DNA of 22,883 bases from Armatimonadota bacterium (GTDB taxonomy: Bacteria > Armatimonadota > UBA10988): NCBI GenBank assembly GCA_016235455.1, contig JACRKZ010000080.1, positions 1 through 22,883 on the forward strand, in the 5' to 3' direction. This document shows positions 1-7,588 of the stretch, piece by piece. Under the pieces are notes generated by a model. It was not told the origin of the DNA, ran no database searches, and saw only the letters and a list, made by a program, of their open reading frames with translations. Each line of letters opens with the position of its first letter. Within the stretch, counting starts at the first letter, position 1. Both the position numbers and the translations under genes were made by a program.

Positions 1-848
1 GCCACGCGCAGCACGGCGTGGGTCAGCGGGTTGACGCCATCGCGTCCGTCGGGCGTGGTGCCGCCGAGCATCACCGACTGTCCGTTGTCGCCCTGCTGCA
101 CGCCGGGATAGAGGTCGCTGTCGCGGTTGAGCGTGATGAAGAACTCGGCCAGCAGCTCGTCGGCCTCGTTCTGGCTCAGCCAACCGGCGGCCAGATCGGC
201 TTCCAGGTAGGGCCACAAGTACTGGTCGAGGCGGCCCAGGCCGACATGGTAGTGGCCACTGAGCCAGACCACGGCGTGCATCAGGCGCAGGGCTTGCAGC
301 GCCTCGCGGAAGCTGCGCGCCGGCTGCGCTGGCACGCGATCGAGCACGGCGGCGACCTTGTCGCGGCCGGCGGCGCGCGCGGCCTCGGCATAGCGCGCGG
401 CCAAGGCCAGCACGGCGTCGATGGTCTCGATTGCCGCGTCGAGGAACTCGGCGGACTCGGGCTGGCGGACCCGGGTGGCCTCGGCCTGGGCGCGCCGGGC
501 CAGCAGCCCATCAGCCAACACCCCACCCCAGTCGGCGCAGATGTTGCTGATTGGCCCCAGCTCGTGGAGCGTGCGGCCTTCGGTCAGGTCGGCCCACTGC
601 TCGGGTGTGTAGATCGGCGGCACCGTAGGCAGCGTCCGCGTGAAGGCGATGCGCTCATCGGGGCCGATGACCGGGCGCTCAGCTTCGCACATCCGCCGTG
701 TCAGCCGCGCGGCACGCTGGGTCCAGCTCAGGCCCTCGGCCTCGCACTCGGTCCACACGTCCGGCGACGCCGCTTGCCGCAGCGCGCGATGCTCGCCGGC
801 GCGCACCGCGCGCTTCATTTCGGTCAGCCGTTTGCTCAGTTCCCACAT
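1..848 (-). CDS. Glycyl-radical enzyme (pyruvate formate-lyase family), N-terminal ~282 aa; runs off the left edge
   Basis: Not in the ORF track; translated by hand from ATG at 848: MWELSKRLTEMKRAV...RPVIGPDERIAF...SNICADWGGVLADGL...RVPAQPARSFREALQ...HYHVGLGRLDQYLWPYLEADL...EADELLAEFFITLNRDSDLYPGVQQGDNGQSVMLGGTTPDGRDGVNPLT. PA-x-SF-x-EALQ, GRLDQYL-x-PY and LGG-x3-DG-x-D-x-VN-x-LT are GRE/PFL-family motifs. Starts 3 nt after the stop of an activase gene. Confidence 0.92.
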   Translation of the reverse strand, partial: MWELSKRLTEMKRAVRAGEHRALRQAASPDVWTECEAEGLSWTQRAARLTRRMCEAERPVIGPDERIAFTRTLPTVPPIYTPEQWADLTEGRTLHELGPISNICADWGGVLADGLLARRAQAEATRVRQPESAEFLDAAIETIDAVLALAARYAEAARAAGRDKVAAVLDRVPAQPARSFREALQALRLMHAVVWLSGHYHVGLGRLDQYLWPYLEADLAAGWLSQNEADELLAEFFITLNRDSDLYPGVQQGDNGQSVMLGGTTPDGRDGVNPLTHAVLRV

Positions 849-851
849 GGT

Positions 852-1604
852 TCAGGTCACTCGCACCGGCACGCCCAGCGCCTCGAAGGCCGAGGTGTTC
901 GCGTTGACCGGCTGCTCTTCCGGGTAGTGTGGCGCAAACTCGAGCCCACAGGCAGGGTACTTGCCGCCCGCGGCACGATTGTAAGGTAGCAGATCGACCC
1001 GCAGCAGGCCAGGCAGGCCCGCGGCGAGTTGCGCGATGGCGGCCAGATTGGCCGGCATGTCGGTCACCGTGGGCACCAGCGGCACGCGGATGACGAACGG
1101 CACGCCCAACGCCGGCAGTCGCGCCAGGTTGGCCAGGATGGCCGCGTTGTCCACGCCGGTCCACTGCCGGTGATGCTCGGCGTCGATCAGCTTCACATCG
1201 AAGTAGACCAGCCCGCAGCGGCTGGCCAACCGCTCGAACGCCTCGGCCTCGGCCTGACCCGAGGTGTCCAGCACCACGTGCGTGTCGCCCAGCCGGTCGA
1301 TGACCTCGGACACGAACGCCGCCTGCGCCAGCGGCTCGCCGCCAGAGAAGGTCACGCCGCCGCCCGAGCCGCGCAGCAGATCGGCCTGGCGTGCGAGCAG
1401 CGCGGCCAGCTCGCCGGCCTCGTAGATGCGCCCGGCCAGCCGTTCGCCGGCGGCGCTGCGCAGGATCTGCGGCTCGGCGGTCAGGCCCTCGGGGTTGTGG
1501 CACCAGGCACAGCGCAGCGGACAGCCCTTGAGGAAGACCGTCGTGCGCAGGCCTGGCCCGTCGTGGACGGCGAACTCGGTGATGTCGAACACGATGCCGG
1601 TCAT
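852..1604 (-). CDS. Glycyl-radical enzyme activating enzyme (radical SAM), short form without the ferredoxin-like insert
   Basis: HDGPGLRTTVFLKGCPLRCAWCHNPEG (CxxxCxxC), GGGVTFSGGEP, LDTSG, FDVKLID, IRVPLVP, LLPYN; 250 aa; directly upstream of the GRE. Confidence 0.95.
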   Translation of the reverse strand: MTGIVFDITEFAVHDGPGLRTTVFLKGCPLRCAWCHNPEGLTAEPQILRSAAGERLAGRIYEAGELAALLARQADLLRGSGGGVTFSGGEPLAQAAFVSEVIDRLGDTHVVLDTSGQAEAEAFERLASRCGLVYFDVKLIDAEHHRQWTGVDNAAILANLARLPALGVPFVIRVPLVPTVTDMPANLAAIAQLAAGLPGLLRVDLLPYNRAAGGKYPACGLEFAPHYPEEQPVNANTSAFEALGVPVRVT

Positions 1605-1699
1605 GCGCGCTCCGAGGCCCGTTCTTGCGGTCCCGTCCCAGGCCGAATGGCGACCCTACTCTCGATCAGTGCCGACCGACACGCCAGGCCGGCCGCGGG

Positions 1700-4042
1700 C
1701 TACACCGTCACTTCAGCGAAACCATACGCCACCAGCCCATCGTGCGGTTGACCGCTGATGTCGTTGATCGCCAGCGAGCAGCCCTGGGCCGTGCGGCGGA
1801 AGGCGGTAACGTGGGTGCTCTCCGGCCCGACGGTCAGCAGGCTGCCCTCAGCCGGCAGCTCGCCGCCGCCGGGCGTGACGGCGTGGACCGGCACCGCCGT
1901 GCGCAGTTGGCGCGCCACGAGCGCCAGGTGCGCCGCACCGCCGCGGACCAGCGCGAACCGGTGCTCGTACCAGTTGGCGAACTGGTCGCCCTTGGAGGTG
2001 ATCAGGTGGTCGCCGGTGCCGTCGGCGTGGAGGATGCACTGCGGCCTGGTGTCGGGCCGGCCCTGGGTCGACGTGCCCAGATTGGCGGCCAGATAGCCCT
2101 CGTCGCCACACACCTGGAACGACTGGTTGCCGCCCAGGCAGATCACGCCGAACGGTTCGGCCGAATCGAGCGCGGCGAAGCGCTGTACCGCCACCCACGA
2201 ACGGTCGCCCGTGGTGTGCGTGATGGTGGCGTAGGGAATGTCGTACAGCACGCGCCCAGGCGCGCCCCGGAAGCTGAGCTTGAGGCCCTCGGGGTCGTAG
2301 CCCAGATTGCCGATGCGGCGCGGCATGTCGAAGTGCACCTCGGCGCAGAGCTCGGCGCGGCCCGCGCGCAGGCCGATGGTCAGCCGCAGCCATACCGCCC
2401 AGGCCAGCTCGCAGAACACTTCCAACTCAGGGCCGAACAGTGTGGAGCGCACGCGGGTGGTGGCGCAGGCCCAGTCGGGCTTGACGTCCTCGGTCGGCGC
2501 GGTGCCCGACGGATCGGACAGCCGGAACGGCTCGATGGCGACGGTCAGGCCGTCGATGGTCAGCCTGCCGTCGACCAGCGCCGCGCTGACGCCGTCGGCC
2601 TCAATGGCGCCGCCGGCGGTCCAGACGGGCGGTGGAGTCGGGTCGCTGGGGTTCAGTTCGAGCAGGCGGTAGCCATAGGCCGGCAGCGCCACCTCGGCGC
2701 GCGCGGTCCAGCCGTGCTCGCCGCGCAGCGTGGCCGTGGCGCAGCCGACCAAGGCCATCGGTCGCGGCGTCGACACCTCGATCGTGACGGTGCGTGCCGG
2801 CCCGGGGTTGAGCGCGAGCACATGGCTGCGGGCGGCGCTGCCGGGCTGAGCCAGCCGCTGCGCAAGGTCGTCGGCAAACCGTTCGGTGACCTCCTGGGCC
2901 AGCAGCCTGGCACTGCGCAGACACAGGTTGCGGTGCCGCGTGCGCGGGGTCCAGGGGAACCAGCCGCTGGCGTCGGAGTTCAGCCCGATGAGTGCCAGAT
3001 GCCAGGCCCGCGACATGAGCGTGGGCCCGCCGGTGCGGCTCAGGCTCAGCGCCTCGGTCTCGGGGTACTCGGTGACCTCCTCGAAGTGATGGTCCCAGAC
3101 GTTGTCGGGCAGCGCAGCATACGATTCCGCCAGCGGCACATCAAGCTCATTCATGCCGCGCGTGGCCGCGACGACATTGGCGAATCCGGCCGCGCGCACG
3201 GCTTCCAGCGCCTCGACGGCATGGCCGTGCCAGATCATGTCTTCGGGGTCGCCCACCCAGCGCGAGAAGCTCGGGCTCTCAAACACGTCCTCTAGGCACT
3301 GGCCGCAGGGGTTCGGCGCCGGGCTCGGCTCGGGCAGGCCGACCTCCGCGTCGAAGCGGTCCACGGTCGTCCATTCGATGACCTTGCCGCGAGCGGCCAA
3401 CTCCTCGATGCTGCGGACCACGCCTTCGAGGTTGCACAGCAGCTCGAAATCGCCGCCCGCCATGACGAAACTGCCATCGTCGTGAGCGTCGTAATACTGC
3501 TCCAGCGCCCCGAGCCGGCAGGTGCGCAGGTTTAGCGGGTAGGTCGACAGCTGTCGACCGTCGACACCCAGGATGCGGCGCGGGCCTTTCCAGCCCGGCG
3601 GCATGACGATCAGCCGGCTGTGTCCCATCTGTTCCATGATGAGCGGCTGCTGCGGATGGTAGGTCATCTCCTGGGGGAAGAAGGTGGTCACCCGCGTGGC
3701 GCACTCGCGTTCTGTGATCTCGCGCGTCACGCGGCCTGAGAGCAGGTCGCTCTCCTCATCGGCGCACAACGCGTGGCTGGCGGCATACTGGCAGCCGACC
3801 ATGACGATCTGCCCACGGTCGATCAGCGGCTGCATCTCGTCGAGCAGCCACGGCGCATGGTGGCGTAGGCTGAGCACGGTCAGGCCCGGCAGGTCGATGT
3901 GCGCGGTAACCTGCGGGAACTTGGCCAGCCCGCGAATGCCGGCGGCATAGATGGTGGGGAACTTGGCGCGGATCTCCTGCTTGGTGTAGCGGTCGTAGCA
4001 CATGTTGCCGTGCAGGAGCAGTGAGAGATAGACCTTCTTCAT
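1700..4042 (-). CDS. Glycoside hydrolase-like protein: GH57-type N-terminal barrel with GH38-like C-terminal beta domains
   Basis: 780 aa from ATG 4042 (AGGA upstream). N-terminal LLLHGNMCY...IDLPGLTV...LIDRGQIVMVGCQY...FFPQEM resembles the GH57/GH38-N barrel, with a candidate nucleophile Glu in FFPQE. LNSDASGW, ALNPGPART, LPAYGYRLL and YDIPYATI resemble alpha-mannosidase-type C-terminal regions. No signal peptide visible. Confidence 0.65.
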   Translation of the reverse strand: MKKVYLSLLLHGNMCYDRYTKQEIRAKFPTIYAAGIRGLAKFPQVTAHIDLPGLTVLSLRHHAPWLLDEMQPLIDRGQIVMVGCQYAASHALCADEESDLLSGRVTREITERECATRVTTFFPQEMTYHPQQPLIMEQMGHSRLIVMPPGWKGPRRILGVDGRQLSTYPLNLRTCRLGALEQYYDAHDDGSFVMAGGDFELLCNLEGVVRSIEELAARGKVIEWTTVDRFDAEVGLPEPSPAPNPCGQCLEDVFESPSFSRWVGDPEDMIWHGHAVEALEAVRAAGFANVVAATRGMNELDVPLAESYAALPDNVWDHHFEEVTEYPETEALSLSRTGGPTLMSRAWHLALIGLNSDASGWFPWTPRTRHRNLCLRSARLLAQEVTERFADDLAQRLAQPGSAARSHVLALNPGPARTVTIEVSTPRPMALVGCATATLRGEHGWTARAEVALPAYGYRLLELNPSDPTPPPVWTAGGAIEADGVSAALVDGRLTIDGLTVAIEPFRLSDPSGTAPTEDVKPDWACATTRVRSTLFGPELEVFCELAWAVWLRLTIGLRAGRAELCAEVHFDMPRRIGNLGYDPEGLKLSFRGAPGRVLYDIPYATITHTTGDRSWVAVQRFAALDSAEPFGVICLGGNQSFQVCGDEGYLAANLGTSTQGRPDTRPQCILHADGTGDHLITSKGDQFANWYEHRFALVRGGAAHLALVARQLRTAVPVHAVTPGGGELPAEGSLLTVGPESTHVTAFRRTAQGCSLAINDISGQPHDGLVAYGFAEVTV

Positions 4043-4081
4043 GGGCACGTCCTGTTAGGGCGGGGCTTCGCCAGCGTCGAT

Positions 4082-4130
4082 GGGCCTCCTTCCAGCTGGA
4101 GGCCTTTGGCCCTCGGCTGGAAGGAGGCCC
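4082..4130. repeat. Perfect 15-bp inverted repeat in a divergent intergenic region
   Basis: GGGCCTCCTTCCAGC (4082-4096) / GCTGGAAGGAGGCCC (4116-4130), with further imperfect pairing in the spacer (GAGGCC-TTT-GGCC-CTC). Confidence 0.85.
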
Positions 4131-4168
4131 CTGGCGCTTGTCCAAACCGCGCGTCAGGGGAGCCTCAC

Positions 4169-7100
4169 ATGGTTCGCACGCTGCTTTCGCTGCTCCTGGT
4201 GGACGCCCTGGTAGGAGCGACTCCGATGGTCACCTCGCTCGACGGCACCTGGCAACTGACAACCGACCCGCGCAACGAGGGTCGCGAGGCGAAGTGGTTC
4301 GACGGCTTGCCGCCGGGCGCCAAGCCCGCGGCCGTGCCGTGGATCATCCAGGACGCCTTCCCCGGCTACCACGGTGTGGCCTGGTACCAGCGCGAGTTCA
4401 CCGCCGAGCCGCTGACGCATGCCGGTGGCCGCTACCTGCTGCGCTTCTGGGCTGTGGACTACCAGGCCGAGGTCTGGCTCAACGGCCAGCGGCTCGGCGC
4501 GCACGAAGGCGGCGAGACGCCGTTCGTCCTCGACGCCACGGCTGCCGTGCGCCTGGACGCGCCGAACCGGCTCACGGTGCGCGTGCTCAACCCGACCAAC
4601 GAGCCCATCGACGGCATCGTGCTGCGCGAGACGCCGGCGCGGAACAAGGTCATCCCGTATGCCGCGGGCAACTCCTACAACCACGGCGGCATTGTCGACT
4701 CCGTCGAACTGCTGGCCGCGCCCGCCGTGCGCATCGCCGACCTGTTCGTGCGCTGCGCCGTCGCGGACGGCACCGTGCGCGCGCGGGTGGAGATCGACAA
4801 CAGCACGCCCGCGCCGGTCACGCTGCCGCTGGCCCTGGCCATCGCGCCGGCCGCGGCCGGGGTGACGCTGGCCACGACCGCGGTCCAGGTCACCGCCGCG
4901 CCGGGCACCAGCGTGCACGAGGTCAGCCTGAAACTGGCCCAGCCGCACCTGTGGGACCTGAACGATCCCTACCTCTATCGCGTCACCGCGCGGCTGGCCG
5001 ACGACGAGACGTCCGTGCGCTGCGGCTTCCGTGATGTGCGGTTCGAGGGTGGCGCCTTTCGCCTCAACGGCCGGCGAGTGTTCCTGCGCTGCTCGCACAC
5101 CGGCAACCACTGCCCCGTGGGTCAGCAGTTTCCCGTCGATCCCGACTGGCTGCGGCGCGACCTGGTCAACGTCAAGGCCATGGGCTTCAACGCTATCCGC
5201 TTCATCGCCGGGCTGCCGACACGCGCGCAGCTCGACCTGTGCGACGAACTGGGCCTGATGGTCTACGATGAGCACTACGGGTCGTGGTGCCTGGCCGAAT
5301 CGCCCAAGTTCGTCGAGCGCTTCGACCGCTCCGTGGCCGAGATGGTGCGGCGTGACCGCAACCACCCCAGCGTCGTGTTCTGGGGCCTGCTCAATGAGAC
5401 CAACGACGGCACGCTGTTCCGCCATGCCGTGGCCAGCCTGCCGCTGCTGCGCGCGCTGGACGACTCGCGGCTGGTGCTGCTCAACAGCGGCCGTTGGGAC
5501 AACCAGGTGGGCAGCCCAATGGCCGGCCTGAGCATCTGGCGGCGCGAGGACGGCCCCGACCCCAACGTCACACAGAACAGCACCAAGCGGGCCATCACCG
5601 GCCTGGGCATCACCTGGCAGCCGGGCGCATTGGCGCTGCATCCGGGCGCCAAGGGCGAGTACAGCACCGTCCGCTTCGTCGCGCCGGCCGCCGGTACGGC
5701 GAGCATCGCCGCTGCGTTCACCAGCATCGCCGAACACGCCACCACCGACGTGCATGTGCTGCACAACGGCAAGCCGTTGTTCGACGGCGGCATCAACATC
5801 GACGGTCACGGCCCGCGCGCCGAGTGGCAGGGGCAGGTGCCGGTGGGCGACGGCGACACCATCGACTTCGCGGTGGGCTATGGCAATGGCCACTACGGCG
5901 GCGACACCACGGCGCTGGCCGCGTCCATCGACCTGGCCGGAACGGCTTATAACGCCGCGACCGGCTTCGCGCTGACCAACCCCGCCGGCCCCTGGACCTA
6001 CGGCACACTGGCGCCGGGCGCGAAGCCCGACGGCGCCACCTACGCCGCCTACGCCCAGGGCATCGTGATCGGCACAGGCAACGGCATCGGCAGCCTGAGC
6101 AACCCGGGCTCGGCGGTGTGGGAAGACCTGCTCGACGACACGCACCCCTACCAACGCGTGCCGCACACGGCCTCGGTCATCCGCACGCTGCGCACGCTCG
6201 GCGGCGGCGCGCGGCCCATGTTCGTCTCGGAGTACGGTGTGGGCAGCGCCGTCGACCTGCCGCGTGTGGCGCGCTGGTATGAGCAGCTCGGCAAGACCGA
6301 GGCCGAGGACGCCCGGTTCTACCGCGACAAGCTCGACCGCTTCCTGGCCGACTACCAGCGCTGGCACCTCGACGACTGTTTCGCGCGGCCCGAGGACTTC
6401 TTCGCGGCCAGCCACAAGAGCATGGCCGCCGACCGGCTCTACGGGCTCAACGCGCTGCGCGCCAACCCCAACGTCGTGGCCCACAGCGTGACCGGCACCG
6501 TGGACCAGGGCATGAGCGGCGAGGGCCTGTTCACCACCTTCCGCGAGCTCAAGCCGGGCACCGTCGACGCCCTGTTCGAGGCCTGGGCGCCGTTGCGCCT
6601 GTGTCTGTTCGCCGAGCCGGTGCAGGCCTATCGCGGCGGCAAGGTCCGGCTGGAGGCCGTGCTGGCCAACGAGGATGCGCTGGCTCCGGGCGACTATCCC
6701 GTGCGGCTGCAGGTGGTCGGGCCGGGCCTGACACGCGTGCTCGACAAGGTCGTCACCGCAACCGTCACCCGCGACGCGCCGTTCGCCGTGCCGCTGTGGA
6801 CCGACGATGTAGCCCTGGACGGGCCGGCCGGCGAGTACCGCTTCCTGGCCACCTTCGAGCGCGGCGGCGCCGCCACCGGTGGCGAGGCGCGCTTCCAGGT
6901 GACCGATGCGGCGGCCATGCCGGCGGTGGACACCATCATCACGCTGTGGGGCGAGGACGCCGGCCTGGCGCGCTGGCTGGCCGACCACGGCATCCGCACC
7001 CGCGCCTTCGCGGCGGTGGCGCCGGCGCGGCCCGAACTGATCCTGGTCGGCGACAAGGCGCCAGCCGACGAGGTGGCGTGGCAGGACCTGACCGCCCGCG

Positions 7101-7537
7101 TCCGGGCCGGCTCGCGCGTGGTCTTCCTCTCGCCCGCGGTCTTCCGGCGCGGCGACGATGCCGTGGGCTGGCTACCGCTCAACCCGCGCGGCCAGCTCGT
7201 GGGGCTGCCGGCCTGGCTGTACCACAAGGACGAATGGGCCAAGCCGCATGCGGTGTTCGACGGCCTGCCCGCGGGCGGGCTGATGGACCATCTCTACTAC
7301 CGCGAGATAATCGGTGATCAGGCCTTCACCGGCCAGGACGCGCCGCTGGAGGCCATCGCCGGCGCCTGCAACGCGTCGTTCGACTACAGCTCGGGCCTGA
7401 CCTGCGCGGCGTACGCGCTGGGCCAGGGCAAGCTGGTGCTCAACTCGCTGCTGATCCGCGAGAACCTCGACGGCCATCCCGTGGCCGAGCGCCTGCTGCG
7501 CAACCTGCTGCGCTGGATGGCACGCGATCTGGGATGA
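4169..7537 (+). CDS. Secreted glycoside hydrolase family 2 with an inserted beta-domain and a C-terminal extension
   Basis: 1122 aa from ATG 4169 (GGGGAG upstream); hydrophobic N-terminus; SLDGTW, YHGVAWYQREF, VWLNGQRLGAHEGGETPF, LWDLNDPYLY, CGFRDV, KAMGFNAIR, LDLCDELGLMVY, RDRNHPSVVFWGLLNE (acid/base Glu), FVSEYG (nucleophile Glu). Confidence 0.92.
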   Translation: MVRTLLSLLLVDALVGATPMVTSLDGTWQLTTDPRNEGREAKWFDGLPPGAKPAAVPWIIQDAFPGYHGVAWYQREFTAEPLTHAGGRYLLRFWAVDYQAEVWLNGQRLGAHEGGETPFVLDATAAVRLDAPNRLTVRVLNPTNEPIDGIVLRETPARNKVIPYAAGNSYNHGGIVDSVELLAAPAVRIADLFVRCAVADGTVRARVEIDNSTPAPVTLPLALAIAPAAAGVTLATTAVQVTAAPGTSVHEVSLKLAQPHLWDLNDPYLYRVTARLADDETSVRCGFRDVRFEGGAFRLNGRRVFLRCSHTGNHCPVGQQFPVDPDWLRRDLVNVKAMGFNAIRFIAGLPTRAQLDLCDELGLMVYDEHYGSWCLAESPKFVERFDRSVAEMVRRDRNHPSVVFWGLLNETNDGTLFRHAVASLPLLRALDDSRLVLLNSGRWDNQVGSPMAGLSIWRREDGPDPNVTQNSTKRAITGLGITWQPGALALHPGAKGEYSTVRFVAPAAGTASIAAAFTSIAEHATTDVHVLHNGKPLFDGGINIDGHGPRAEWQGQVPVGDGDTIDFAVGYGNGHYGGDTTALAASIDLAGTAYNAATGFALTNPAGPWTYGTLAPGAKPDGATYAAYAQGIVIGTGNGIGSLSNPGSAVWEDLLDDTHPYQRVPHTASVIRTLRTLGGGARPMFVSEYGVGSAVDLPRVARWYEQLGKTEAEDARFYRDKLDRFLADYQRWHLDDCFARPEDFFAASHKSMAADRLYGLNALRANPNVVAHSVTGTVDQGMSGEGLFTTFRELKPGTVDALFEAWAPLRLCLFAEPVQAYRGGKVRLEAVLANEDALAPGDYPVRLQVVGPGLTRVLDKVVTATVTRDAPFAVPLWTDDVALDGPAGEYRFLATFERGGAATGGEARFQVTDAAAMPAVDTIITLWGEDAGLARWLADHGIRTRAFAAVAPARPELILVGDKAPADEVAWQDLTARVRAGSRVVFLSPAVFRRGDDAVGWLPLNPRGQLVGLPAWLYHKDEWAKPHAVFDGLPAGGLMDHLYYREIIGDQAFTGQDAPLEAIAGACNASFDYSSGLTCAAYALGQGKLVLNSLLIRENLDGHPVAERLLRNLLRWMARDLG

Positions 7538-7588
7538 TCACGGCCTGGGAGCGATTCCACGCCGGATCAGCGCCGCCAGCGCCGGTCG

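Noticed and set aside
1-1604. Calling the pair pflB/pflA
   Set aside because: The catalytic Cys region is outside the window and the N-terminus does not resemble canonical PflB; only family-level assignment is supported.
4154-6988. 944-aa antisense ORF (likewise 18-989, 1625-3295, 8090-9709, 12439-14259, 20939-21952, 21790-22710)
   Set aside because: These are shadow ORFs opposite motif-supported genes. Long antisense ORFs are expected at this GC content, and they show no recognisable motifs.
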